A program made the translations under genes and the position numbers. A stretch of 64,000 nucleotides of DNA from Alphaproteobacteria bacterium (GTDB lineage: Bacteria > Pseudomonadota > Alphaproteobacteria > MPNO01 > UBA830): NCBI GenBank assembly GCA_964291215.2, contig OZ219790.1, positions 832,001 through 896,000 on the forward strand, given 5' to 3'. This document shows, piece after piece, positions 37,618-48,100 of the stretch. Within the stretch, counting starts at the first letter, position 1. Every line of letters starts with the position of its first letter. Below the pieces are notes generated by a model. The model was not told where the DNA came from, did no database searches, and saw nothing but the letters and a program-made list of their open reading frames with translations.

Positions 37618-37766
37618 AAGCGCACGGGCTGTCGGGCAGGAGCGCCGGGCTCGCCGGGATTGCTCCGGCCTCCCGGCCGCATGGGCACAAGCATCCAGTC
37701 CGGGCACGGCACCGTGTTCCTGCTCATCGACCAAACTGGAACGAACAACGAATCATCCGCCTTGAG

Positions 37767-38024
37767 CTATGGCCGCCGAAAAATGGAAAGCCACCTCCAG
37801 AGCCGCCTGATCGCGTCCTTCCGAACGGGATTCCCGGTCCGCTGGAACGCGGTCTCGTTCTTCCCGTAGTACCTCTTCTTCAATCCGCGATCCTGTACGC
37901 GGCCAGCTTCGACCCGGCGGCCTGACCATTGTCTGGCCCATTTCATCGTGCTCTTGCTTATCCAGTAGTGCGAGCGACACTCGAAGCTCCAGTTGCCGAC
38001 CGACGGGTTCAGCGAAATCGACAT
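37767..38024 (-). pseudogene. 3' part of a DUF6527-like gene, 5' end replaced
   Basis: ISLNPSVGNWSFECRSHYWI...KW resembles the DUF6527 C-terminal motif; the expected N-terminal Cys motif is missing and sequence upstream of 38025 is integrase-derived. Confidence 0.6.
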
Positions 38025-38156
38025 ACCACCGTGCGGTATGCGCATCTGGCGCGGGACCCGGTGCACGAGGCCGGCATCCGTGTTTCCGACAGTATCATCA
38101 CCGATATCCTCGGGGACAGACACCGGCGATTGCCGACCCGACAGTGCCCGGCGTAG
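38025..38156 (+). pseudogene. Orphan C-terminal tail of a tyrosine integrase
   Basis: TTVRYAHLARDPVHEAGIRVSDSIITDIL versus TTARYAHLARESVHEAAARIANSIAADIL of the integrase ending at 55496: 19/29 identical by hand count. Confidence 0.85.
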
Positions 38157-38245
38157 GGTCGCGTCATGTTGAACGCCGCCCCTCTCCCGGCCCGTGAGCG
38201 GGCTGTTCGTCGGAAACCTTCCGGATACGGCGGGGAACACGCCCG

Positions 38246-39223
38246 GTGAGCCTTCCGGCGACGCCACACGATGCGCTGTTCCGCGCGCTGGTCTCCGAGC
38301 CGGCCCGCGCCGCTGCGCTGCTCGCGGAATACCTGCCGCAAGAGGTGGCCGCCCTCCTCGACCCCGAGGCCCCGCCCGAGGCGGTCGAGGGCAGCTTCGT
38401 CGACGAGGACGCCGCGCGGACCCAGTGCGACGCGCTCTTCCGGGTCAGGCTGAGGAGCGGCCACGAGGCGCGCCTCTATGTGCTGCTCGAACACAAGAGC
38501 CGCGTCGATGCCGACACGCCGCTCCAGCTCCTGAAATACATGGTCAACATCTGGCGCCGCGAGATCGAGAATGGCACTGCCGGGGACAGGCTGCCGGCGA
38601 TCGTCCCACTGGTCTTCTACCACGGCCGGGGCCGCTGGACGGCGCCGCTCTCGGTGCCGGGGATGATCGACGCGCCCGGGGAGCTGGAGCCGTTCGTCAG
38701 GGAGTTTGCCTGTGTGGTGCACGACCTTGGCGAGATTGCGCCGCGCCGGCTGTCGGCCTCGCCCGAGGTGCGGGCCGGGCTTCTGGCGCTCAGGATCGTC
38801 CATGCCGAGGAGATACCGCCCGATCTTCTGGACGAGATGACGGGCGGGCCGGTTGCGGGGAGCGCGTTCGAGCGTCATATTGTGCGCTACATTGCCGAGC
38901 GCATGAACCTGACGCCGCCCTTGCTGGAGGCGTCGCTGCGCCGGACGAAGCCGGACCGCTGGGAGGCGCTGATGGGAACGGTCGCACAAGCCTGGATCGA
39001 ACAGGGAAGAGCCGAGGGAATCGAGCAGGGGATCGAACGAGGTCGGAGCGAGGGCCAAGCCGGAATCGTTCTTCGTCTCCTGGAACTGCGCTTCGGGGCT
39101 GTGCCGGGTGCGGTTCGCGAGCGGGTCCGCGGTGCGTCGGCCGCCGAACTGGAGGCCTGGGCGGAGGCGGTGCTGGTGGCGGCGAGCCTCGATGAAGTGC
39201 TGGCCGCCAAACCTAGACGTTGA
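38246..39223 (+). CDS. Rpn-family PD-(D/E)xK nuclease (putative transposase YhgA-like)
   Basis: PHDALFR, GSFVD, DALFRV, YVLLEHKS, PLVFYHG, C-terminal EQG/EGI repeats and LELRFG tail. Confidence 0.9.
   Translation: MSLPATPHDALFRALVSEPARAAALLAEYLPQEVAALLDPEAPPEAVEGSFVDEDAARTQCDALFRVRLRSGHEARLYVLLEHKSRVDADTPLQLLKYMVNIWRREIENGTAGDRLPAIVPLVFYHGRGRWTAPLSVPGMIDAPGELEPFVREFACVVHDLGEIAPRRLSASPEVRAGLLALRIVHAEEIPPDLLDEMTGGPVAGSAFERHIVRYIAERMNLTPPLLEASLRRTKPDRWEALMGTVAQAWIEQGRAEGIEQGIERGRSEGQAGIVLRLLELRFGAVPGAVRERVRGASAAELEAWAEAVLVAASLDEVLAAKPRR
38972..39223 (+). CDS. Putative nested small Rpn antitoxin (RpnS-like) from an internal start
   Basis: GGAGG at 38962-38966, 5 nt before an in-frame ATG giving MGTVAQAWIEQG (83 aa). 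Confidence 0.6.
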   Translation: MGTVAQAWIEQGRAEGIEQGIERGRSEGQAGIVLRLLELRFGAVPGAVRERVRGASAAELEAWAEAVLVAASLDEVLAAKPRR

Positions 39224-39284
39224 ACCCGGTGCGTCCAACGCACTTGCCACTTGCGTCGCACGCCTCTATGCGAGGAGGCAATTC

Positions 39285-41714
39285 ATGAATATCGAGAGGC
39301 TGTTCTGGGACCTTTACAAGGCACAGACCGAGTTGGAAGTCGACAAGGTCCTAAAGCAACACGGTCTCGACGCAAACCCAAATTACTGGCGCCCTTATGG
39401 GCAGAACGAGAGCAACTTCGGGGTAGTGGAGAATCAGCAATCCTCACCCATTCCTGCGTTGATCGAGAAGATCACCAACGGAATCGATGCTATCCTGATG
39501 CGCGCCTGCATCGAACATGGAATCGATCCCCGGTCAGAGGAGGCGCCGCGCTCGATCAACGAAGCGCTGGATTGCTTCTTCCCCGACCACAAAAACTGGG
39601 ACTTGGGGCGACAAAGGCGTCAGCTTGCCGAGCGGCTTCAGATTCTTGCCGACGGTCCGCGGATGGAAACCTCGCTCGTGATCTATGACGATGGCGAAGG
39701 TCAAGCCCCGGAGGATTTCGAGAAGACCTTCCTGTCGCTGCTGCAAGGCAACAAGAACGACATCCATTTCGTCCAGGGCAAATACAACATGGGCGGTGCC
39801 GGCGCGATCGTGTTCTGTGGCATTCGGCGGTACCAACTCATTGCCTCGAAGCGGTTTGATGGCAGCGGCGAGCTCGGATTCACGCTTGTACGCCGCCATC
39901 CCCTGACAGCCGATGAAGAATGGCGCAAGAAAGCGACCTGGTATGAGTATCTGGTCGTCGGCGATCGGATTCCTGCCTTTGCCTGCGGGGCATTGGAGCT
40001 GGGTCTGCATAATCGAAAATTCAGAACAGGCACCGCCATCAAGCTGTATTCCTACGATCTACCCTCGGGATCGCGGTCGGTCATATCGCGCGACCTAAAC
40101 CAGAGCATCAATGAGTATCTCTTCAACCCCGCACTGCCGGTCTTCACCATCGACACCCCGGGCCGCTATCCAGAAGACCGGAATCTCGAACGCGACCTGT
40201 ACGGACTGAAGCGGCGTCTCGAGGAAGACGAGAGCCGATACGTCGATCAGTTTTTTTCCGAGGACGTGGTTGACAAAGAGATCGGACGTATCCGGGTGAC
40301 CTGCTATGTGTTCAAGGCACGGGTGGAAAAGCGTACCGCCAAGGAAACCCGCGAAACGATCCAACGGGAGTTTTTTAAGAACAACATGTCGGTCCTGTTT
40401 TCAGTGAATGGACAGGTCCACGGGCATTACACGTCCGAGTTCATCACGCGGTCGCTAAAGTTTCCGCTACTGAAGGACTACCTGTTGGTTCACGTGGATT
40501 GCGCCAACCTCCGCACCGAGGTCCGCAATGAACTCTTCATGGCCTCACGCGACCGCCTCAAATACGGCGCGGAGTCCCGGAACCTTCGGCAAAGGCTCGC
40601 CAAGCTTCTGGCCAATGGCCGCCTGAAGGAAATCCACAAGGAACGCAAGGCGAATATAACCGTTGAAAGTGGGGATACCGAGGAACTTCTGCGTAACCTT
40701 ACGCGGAATCTTCCGATCCGCGACGATCTGGCGGACTTGCTCAGCCAAACCTTCAAGCTTGGCGACAAGCGAGACGGCAAGCGAAATGAGAAGGCGAAGG
40801 AGACTTCGCTGAGAGAACCGAAGACAAAGCCTGTGTTCGACCCGAAGCGGTATCCGAGCTATTTCAATATTGATGCCAAGCCGGCCAATGGCGAAGCGTT
40901 TCCCATGGTGCAGGTACCACTTGGAGGCGAGCGCACGATCCGATTCTCCACGGACGTCGAAGACCAATATTTCGACAGGGTGCAGGATACAGGAGACCTA
41001 CTGATCGGCCTGCTGGAGTCGGGCTCCAACGGTGGAGAAGACGGTCCAGGCCAGCCCCGGGATATTCAAACCGTTCTCAACGTGGTCAAGTCGAGCCCTC
41101 AAGACGGGACGATTCGGGTCGTGGTGACGCCGACCGGGGAGGCGAGGGTAGGCGACGCCATCAAACTCCAGGCATCTCTGTCCAGCCCGGAACGATCACT
41201 GGAGCAGATCTTCATGGTGCGGATCGGGGCGCCGGAAAAGAAAAACACCGACCCCAAACAGGGAGACCAGCCTGACACCCGGCTCGGCCTTCCCGAGCCC
41301 CGCATGGTCTACAAAGATGAAAGCCGTGGCAAACTTACATGGGATAGACTGGAGGAGACCGGCGTTTCAATGAACCACGATGTCGTCGTCTGTCCGCTAG
41401 TCGAGGGCAACACGTTGAGCGCGGTCTTTATCAACATGGATAGCAATGCCTTGCTGACACATCGTGCGAAGCTAACCAAAGAGGAGGCGATCGCCAATGC
41501 TGAAAAACGATATGTATCTGCGGTCTACTTCCACACCCTGTTTCTCTACACGATCACGAAGAACCGCAAGTTCGGGATCGTCCAACAGAAGGAACAGGAA
41601 GACGACGTACATGTCGAGGTCACCGACTACATTTCGGACCTGTTCAGTACTTTCTATGCGCAGTTCCTTCTGAATTTTGATACTCAGGAATTGATCGCTG
41701 CACTGGAGGCATGA
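39285..41714 (+). CDS. Large GHKL-type ATPase domain protein of unknown function
   Basis: RBS GAGGAGG; Bergerat-fold motifs ALIEKITNGIDA, IYDDGEG, GKYNMGGAG, TGTAIKL; 809 aa. Confidence 0.7.
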   Translation: MNIERLFWDLYKAQTELEVDKVLKQHGLDANPNYWRPYGQNESNFGVVENQQSSPIPALIEKITNGIDAILMRACIEHGIDPRSEEAPRSINEALDCFFPDHKNWDLGRQRRQLAERLQILADGPRMETSLVIYDDGEGQAPEDFEKTFLSLLQGNKNDIHFVQGKYNMGGAGAIVFCGIRRYQLIASKRFDGSGELGFTLVRRHPLTADEEWRKKATWYEYLVVGDRIPAFACGALELGLHNRKFRTGTAIKLYSYDLPSGSRSVISRDLNQSINEYLFNPALPVFTIDTPGRYPEDRNLERDLYGLKRRLEEDESRYVDQFFSEDVVDKEIGRIRVTCYVFKARVEKRTAKETRETIQREFFKNNMSVLFSVNGQVHGHYTSEFITRSLKFPLLKDYLLVHVDCANLRTEVRNELFMASRDRLKYGAESRNLRQRLAKLLANGRLKEIHKERKANITVESGDTEELLRNLTRNLPIRDDLADLLSQTFKLGDKRDGKRNEKAKETSLREPKTKPVFDPKRYPSYFNIDAKPANGEAFPMVQVPLGGERTIRFSTDVEDQYFDRVQDTGDLLIGLLESGSNGGEDGPGQPRDIQTVLNVVKSSPQDGTIRVVVTPTGEARVGDAIKLQASLSSPERSLEQIFMVRIGAPEKKNTDPKQGDQPDTRLGLPEPRMVYKDESRGKLTWDRLEETGVSMNHDVVVCPLVEGNTLSAVFINMDSNALLTHRAKLTKEEAIANAEKRYVSAVYFHTLFLYTITKNRKFGIVQQKEQEDDVHVEVTDYISDLFSTFYAQFLLNFDTQELIAALEA

Positions 41715-41715
41715 G

Positions 41716-42365
41716 GGGCGTGAGTCTGGCATGGCGATGGCGGGACCGGTCGGCTGACCGGGCTCATGCGGCGCGCTTGGGGGCGTAACCGGGGCAGTTG
41801 TTGTCGTTGACCGGGGTATCGGCATCGCTCATGAGGCCTGCCCATGCGCGGTCGAAGCGTCCGGATTTGATGAGGGCGCGTATGGTGAGGACGGCCGCCC
41901 GCCGTGGATGCGCCATCGCATGCCGGAGCGCTTCATCCTCTGTGCGACGAGGGTTTTGTTCGCGGCCTCGACAACGCCGGAGCCGATGGTGATGCCCCGG
42001 TCGCTGAGGTTGCGGTATCGCATGCGCTTGCGGTGCTTGCGGAAGAAGGCGAGTTCGCGCTCGACGGCGTTGCGCGCGGATCACCTTGGCGACGCCGCAC
42101 GGGTCATGACGCAGGATATGGCGGTAAGTCTCGAACCAGCGGGGATCGACGGCATGGTGTGGTGCGGTGCGATTGCTTCAGAACGACATCCTGCCCGCCT
42201 TCGGCGGGCGGAGCGGTCCCGCTTCCGGCCCTGCCACCGAGCGGCCGTGACAAAATCCCGACCCCGAAACCCCGATTGTCACCGATCGACCCCAAAGGCC
42301 ATCCGAAACGAACATAAAATTTCAATAAATCAAATGGTTGCAATCGCCATACGGGACCTGCACCC
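41716..42365 (-). mobile_element. Internally deleted ISKra4/ISLre2-like IS remnant
   Basis: MRY...IGSGVVEAANKTLVAQRMKRSGMRW transposase C-terminus with a frameshift; boundaries approximate from imperfect GGGYGY terminal repeats. Confidence 0.65.
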
Positions 42366-42445
42366 GTGCAGACCTGAAAAGCCGCTCATATCCGCAGACT
42401 ACAAGGGACTCGGCAAGGTCACGCCATCCTCAAATGCCGGATTTA

Positions 42446-42495
42446 GGGTCAATCTTCGACGCCGATCCGGGGTCAACTTTGAACGCCGATTGACA
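42446..42495 (-). mobile_element. Solo IS21-family-like terminal end
   Basis: Minus strand TGTCAATCGGCGTTCAAAGTTGACCCC-GG-ATCGGCGTCGAAGATTGACCC: TG terminus plus two tandem binding repeats; no istAB nearby. Confidence 0.7.
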
Positions 42496-42505
42496 GTCTA
42501 CGGCT

Positions 42506-43768
42506 TTATCTAATTTTTTTCGGCAATTCCGCTGTATTATTGCCGCTTGCTCTTTGATACCTTTCGAGTAATGTCGCTTCCGGGTAGTTTTTTGTGTTCT
42601 TCCCGACCATGTACCACAGCACTTCACGTATCGTCACCTTATGGCCATTAAGCATGATCTTCTTGGTCGGCTCCCACATTAGCCACCGAAACGGCTCTTC
42701 GTTTAGGTTATTGGGTAGCTCGGCCACTAGTTTGACGGCCCGATCAAGACTAATGTCTTTCGTTAATCGCGCGATCACGCGAGTCATGATCTCCAGTCCG
42801 ATAGGACGATAGAGAACATGACCTCCGTGGCTACCGCGATACCTCTTGACCACGGGTTCGGTGTTCTCCGCGCTAAAAAACTCATCAAGAGCTTCAAAAT
42901 TCTTCTTAAGTTGAAGAAAGTATGCTTCAGCGAACTCAAAATATTTATCCAAAATTATATCATCCGGACGCACACGCTGCAAATTTGGCCTCTGATTCTT
43001 CAGATCGGATTGAGCGTTAGTGAACAATATCGTCAGGATATCGTAGAGATTGGCAATCGTGGTCAGGCTGGTCGTGTTCGCGGTTGGCATATTGTTGCTG
43101 GCAACGAAAGCGACCTTGTTACCAGTGAAAAGTTCGGTTTGTTCAATGAGTCGCCTTACGCAAATGGCCATGACATCGTCCTCATCAAGGGCGATGATTT
43201 CCCCTTTAGAAACGGGGCGTGCAGTCTTGTTCAAGGTCGTAAACAACCGACGTGTGCGCTCCAACCCTTCTTCGGTATCTTTATGTCCAACGAATATGAC
43301 AGAAAATTCATCATAGAGGCCGTTGTGCAGACCGTCTTTTATAGCCTTCTTGATGCCAGCCAGACGATGCTGACCGTCGAGCGCAAAAAGCTTCTCTCGC
43401 CCCGTGAGCGTCAGAAATCCGACGGAGGAAACCGTATCCTCGGTGAGGTTCTTCAACTCTCTACGGGCAGTCTTGCTCCGAACATCCGAAAGGGCGTACC
43501 AACTAGGTTGGCCACCGTATGTAGCGACCACAAGGGAATTAAAGAAGTGCTCGGGTTGTCTCTTGAGATAATCCGCGATCTGTGTAGCCCGGCCTTTCTT
43601 TAGGTGCCGTTGTATCATGTCCGAAAGCGCTTCGTTCTCGTGGATTTGCTCCGCGTAATTGACGCGCGAACTCAGCTCACCAATGTCCATAAGGCATGAA
43701 TAAAAAACCCAATCGCCCATGACACCACGGAGAGCCGGCAGTACGATTTCTTTTTGCTTTCTTGTCAT
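42506..43768 (-). CDS. DGQHR-domain (DndB-like, ParB-fold) protein
   Basis: PALRGVMGDWVFY, IQR, FFNSLVV, ALDGQHRL, LFTTLNKTARPVS; TGATG coupling; low GC. Confidence 0.85.
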   Translation of the reverse strand: MTRKQKEIVLPALRGVMGDWVFYSCLMDIGELSSRVNYAEQIHENEALSDMIQRHLKKGRATQIADYLKRQPEHFFNSLVVATYGGQPSWYALSDVRSKTARRELKNLTEDTVSSVGFLTLTGREKLFALDGQHRLAGIKKAIKDGLHNGLYDEFSVIFVGHKDTEEGLERTRRLFTTLNKTARPVSKGEIIALDEDDVMAICVRRLIEQTELFTGNKVAFVASNNMPTANTTSLTTIANLYDILTILFTNAQSDLKNQRPNLQRVRPDDIILDKYFEFAEAYFLQLKKNFEALDEFFSAENTEPVVKRYRGSHGGHVLYRPIGLEIMTRVIARLTKDISLDRAVKLVAELPNNLNEEPFRWLMWEPTKKIMLNGHKVTIREVLWYMVGKNTKNYPEATLLERYQRASGNNTAELPKKIR

Positions 43769-44310
43769 CACCGGAACGCCTTCCGTTTTTGCTTTATATC
43801 GGCGTCGATGTCTCCTTCGGAGAATGGCGGCAGCAACGCCGTGTTGAGCTGCTTTTCGAGCGCCTGTAAATCATCTGAGGAAACATCATCATCGATGGGA
43901 GCAAAGTAGAACCGTAATACTTGGTGCCAAGTTCCGATCATTCGTGCGATGCGAGCACGCTTTAGGACCTTCTTGGCGTTAAGATAATCCTTATACCGTT
44001 CCCTAAGCGGGCGTTTGGAATCGCGTCCTGCAATTCCGATGTAAAGAACGTACCCATGAGGCGGAAATACATCATTAGTGCTCGAGATCGCGAAGGCGTA
44101 AATGCCTCGCTTATCAGCAGGAACCCTTCCCAACTCTTCTTCGCCGTAGCTGATAGAATCCCACGCAAGGGCTTCAATGGCGAACTCATTCGCCATCATT
44201 TTATCAGGCGACAAGGTAACGGGAACCGTATACTTGTTGATTTCCTCGGCTGCCTCGTTTGCAAAATCTGTCAAGGATTCCAGATCCACCGTCCGTGCCC
44301 TCGCCTTCAT
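43768..44310 (-). CDS. GIY-YIG-like endonuclease
   Basis: GIYAFAI...VLYIGIA...LRERYKDY...LEKQL..ALLPPF; TAATG coupling to the PAPS reductase gene. Confidence 0.72.
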   Translation of the reverse strand: MKARARTVDLESLTDFANEAAEEINKYTVPVTLSPDKMMANEFAIEALAWDSISYGEEELGRVPADKRGIYAFAISSTNDVFPPHGYVLYIGIAGRDSKRPLRERYKDYLNAKKVLKRARIARMIGTWHQVLRFYFAPIDDDVSSDDLQALEKQLNTALLPPFSEGDIDADIKQKRKAFR

Positions 44311-45149
44311 TATTTGTGACATGCCAGACAGGCTTTGGCCCTGCCATACAGATCATCGATGTCCAGAGGTTCCCGGTCGGGCCGAAGTGGATTGATTCCG
44401 CCGCGTGAACGCATCCGCGCTAGCCTCAGTTCGTGATCGCGTCTGATTTGCGCGATGCGCTCCGATCGTTCCAGCTCTTCGAGAGACTCTCCCTGGCTCC
44501 ACGTGAACGGCGAGCCGTGCTCGACGGCGTTCTTTTCGTAGGCTTTGGCTTCTTCGAAGGCCGCGGGGTGTTGTTCCCTGAGCCGCACCCACTCGATTTT
44601 TTGCTGGAAGAAGCAGAAGGTGCAGCCGCTGCGTGTGCGCCAAGCGTAATACGCTGGCAGACCGAGCCCCGCGCCATCAAGGATATCCAGCACACCCGCC
44701 TTGTCGACACCGGCCTGTTTGAAAGGCAGCCTGATGACGAGGCGGTCGTGCTTCGAAGTGTAGCCTTCGCGATATTCCTCGTCGCTGCGGATCGCGACAT
44801 AGCTGTAGACGATAGTGCCAGCCGCGAGGATCGGTCGGAGCCATTGCTCGAACGGCCGGAGCTTGAGTTGCCGTGTGCACCAGCGCGTCTGGGGTGACGG
44901 AAGAAAGTCGTTGTACTGCTTGAGCCAGAAGTCGAAGTCGCGGTCGGGGTTCAACCGCCGTATCGGCTGTCCGAGAAATCCTTCGAGTTTCCCCAGATAC
45001 TCGTAGACCTCGGGCAATTCCTTGCCCGTGTCCGTAAAGAAGTAATCAATCTGCAACTCGGGATGATGCTGTCTCATATGGACGGCGAGCGCCGCGCTGT
45101 CACGCCCACCGGACAGGCCGAGGACATGTTTCACGGAATCGGACGTCAT
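44310..45149 (-). CDS. PAPS-reductase-family protein (SspD/DndC-like)
   Basis: PP-loop SGGRDS, DTGKE, RWCTRQLK, RSGCTFCF, C-terminal CLACH. Confidence 0.88.
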   Translation of the reverse strand: MTSDSVKHVLGLSGGRDSAALAVHMRQHHPELQIDYFFTDTGKELPEVYEYLGKLEGFLGQPIRRLNPDRDFDFWLKQYNDFLPSPQTRWCTRQLKLRPFEQWLRPILAAGTIVYSYVAIRSDEEYREGYTSKHDRLVIRLPFKQAGVDKAGVLDILDGAGLGLPAYYAWRTRSGCTFCFFQQKIEWVRLREQHPAAFEEAKAYEKNAVEHGSPFTWSQGESLEELERSERIAQIRRDHELRLARMRSRGGINPLRPDREPLDIDDLYGRAKACLACHK

Positions 45150-48100
45150 GAAGCGACTCTCCCATTACGTTTCTCTTCCACGGGCGCAGGCTGCTGCATG
45201 TAGCGCGTGCTGAGTTCTGCCAGCGCCGCCAGAATGATGCTGCGGTGACTGTTATCGGCTTTCTCAAGGGCGGCAGCCACGCGCTCGACAAGTTCGTTGA
45301 CGGCGGCGCGGTCGGTGTCGGCAATTTCGAACTCCTCCAGCAGGGGCGCCGGGCGGCCGTCCATGCCGATGACGACGGCAAGGGCCTGCCGTTTGTCGGG
45401 ACGTCCCTTGACGCGCGCATATGTCTCCGTGCGCAGGAACTTCTGCGCCATGTCGGCAAGCTCGATTGCCGCCCGGTCCAGGTCGGGATCGACCCAATCG
45501 CGCGGAGGCTTGTTGGCGGCCAGGCTGGCAATTCCTTCGAAACTGTCGTGAGAGCCATCGAACTGCATGAGCCGACCGACGAAGGCGTCGAGACGGAAGT
45601 CTCCGGCAAGCTGCCTGATGTTCTCTGCGCGCTCCCGCAATTCCGCGAGGGCCTGCGGGGAGCAGTTCGGCACCTGCAACTCTGCGAGCATGAGGTCGCG
45701 CAGGCGATACAGCATGGAGGGATAGGCCTGTACCAGCTCTTCGAGCCCTGCGCGGACGCTGCCGATGACACCGCGCAGGGCGTCCTCATCGCCAAGCGAA
45801 ACGTCTTCGCCCAGCGTTCCGGGGATGTCATCGAACAGGAACTGGTTGGGGTCGTGTGCCCGTTTGAAGAGCTCGCGGATGCTCACGGCATTCGAGGACA
45901 GCCGCATTGTCCGTTCGGTCCACCTCGGAAGCCGGTCGTAGATCGCAACGAGGCCGCGGCCGACATCGATCGGCTTCAGATATGTGAGTTCATTCGTTTC
46001 GTCGAGATCACGCACTATCTGCGCCATACCCGAAAGCAGACCCCGGGCAAGGCCGGTGAGGTCCATCCAGCGCAATTGGACAAAGGCTGCGTCCTTCGCG
46101 AGATAGTCCACGTCCACATCGTCGAATATCGCCCGGAACACGCCGTTCCGATAGACCGCGAGCCTGTCGCGCTGCGACAGGATGAAGGCGACGGCGAGGA
46201 TCGGCATGAGGCCATCCTTGACGCCGAAAGGCGGTTGCCTCCACTCATCGAACAGCTCGGAGATGGCGACCGCGCGATTCGCGTTCTGCTCCACGAACTG
46301 GCTTGCCCATTCCCAAATGGGGCCCAGACGGCATGGATCGTCGTGGCCTGTCGTCGGCGAAACGAATCGCCAGGCATTTTCACTTCGGGCATAGAGGCCC
46401 GTCGCTTCAAGCAGGGACGCAAACAGGCCGCGCTCGGCGGGGAACCCGTCAATGCCGAGACGAGGCGCGCCCTGGTTCAGAACCATGCGTCGAAGGAGAT
46501 TGTTCTGCGCCGCGATGGCGTTGCTGGACGGCTTCCTTCGGTTGAGAAGCTCGTTGTGCAGGCGCGGCGACTTGTCGAAACGGCGATCTGCCAGCTCGGA
46601 GGCAATGCCGTTCAGGTCCGCCTGCCGGAAGCGCTTCGCCCGGTGGCCCTTGCGAAACCACAGGGCGCTGTCGAACGCCTTGTGCAACTCTGTTTCCAGG
46701 ACGGCCTGCAGGGCTGCAAGCCGTGCGGAGACTTCTCGCCGGGCAACGGTATCGCCAGCCAGTTCCGGATGAGCGTCGGCGACGCGGTCGAGAGCCAGCA
46801 GTTCACGCGCGAGCGGCATGATGGTCCAGGATCGCTGGGAAATTCCGACGACCGTGTCCCATTCATCACTGCAACGCGCCGCCTTGCGGCACAGCGCTTC
46901 GGCGTTTCTCCTGCTTTCTCCCCCGGTCGGGATGGTGAGGAGGAACTGACCGATCGCGCCGTTTCTCGGTCCGGGGCCGGTTGTGAATTCAGCGAGTCCG
47001 CCGACGGGAACAATGTTCACGTCGAACCACCGGAGCGCGCCTGTATCGTGATAATGGCGTTTGGCGAGAATTGGCTGAAGTCCCGCCAGGGATTCGAGTC
47101 CCCGGAAATCGACCTCGCCGGTCTCGTCGAGCGCAGCGCGGACGGCCCGGTCGATGTCGAAATCGCTGCCGGCAAATATCGCGCGGGCGTCGAGGAACTT
47201 CTTGAAGATCGTGAATGACCACGTGTCCAGCTGCGTGAGCGTTTTCTCAAGCTCGCTGTCGGAGACCTCGGGGAAGCAGGTTCGCAGAAGCCCGGAATTC
47301 GGAACGAGGCCCGAGTTCTCCTTGAACAGATCGATGACCGCGATCGTCTTGAGCAGGCGCACATGAAGGGCATCCCCGCCGATTGCTTCACATCGCTCCA
47401 GTGCTTCCGCCGCCAGCGCCCATCGGTGCCCGTCGGGAGAGGCAAGGATGGATGGCTCAAGGTTGACGCGCAGGTAGTCCCAAAGCCGCTCCGGGCCGTA
47501 AAGGTGCCTGCCGGAGGCCCTGTTGAGGAAGTCCTGGAATCCGTGTGGCTCGGCGGAGTTGAGGAAGCCGAATATGCTACGCTGGTTCTGCCCGAAACGG
47601 CGCCGCGAAATCGGTCCCAGCAGACACGAGACGACCGGATGCAGTGGCCAGCATGCTTCGAGCACGGCGGCCAGCCTTTCCGCGTCGCGAGGATGCCCCG
47701 GCAGCGAAAGCCCTGCGACGGCGGATGCGAGTGCGCCCGGCTTCGTCGGGCGGTGATCGCTGTCGATGGCGCGGGAGATGAGGTCGATCTGTTCCTCGCC
47801 CGCGGTGTTGACGACGAGATCGACGAAACGGCCCTGTATCTTGGCCCATTCATCGCGCATTTCGTGCGACAGGCGGCGGGCATACTCCTCGAATGCCTGA
47901 TGCAGCACACCGACCATCAGCAAGCGCCCATTGCTCCGGGACGCCGCTTCGGCAAGTTGCTGGAGGATGTAGATGTCGGAGCCGTCCTGGGCCGCGGCTT
48001 CGAGAAACTTGCCCATCTCGTCGATGAAGAGGACGAGCCCGCCATGCGTTGCGGGCTTTTCTGCCGCCGCGCCGGTCAGCGTGGCGATCAGGTTGGCTTC

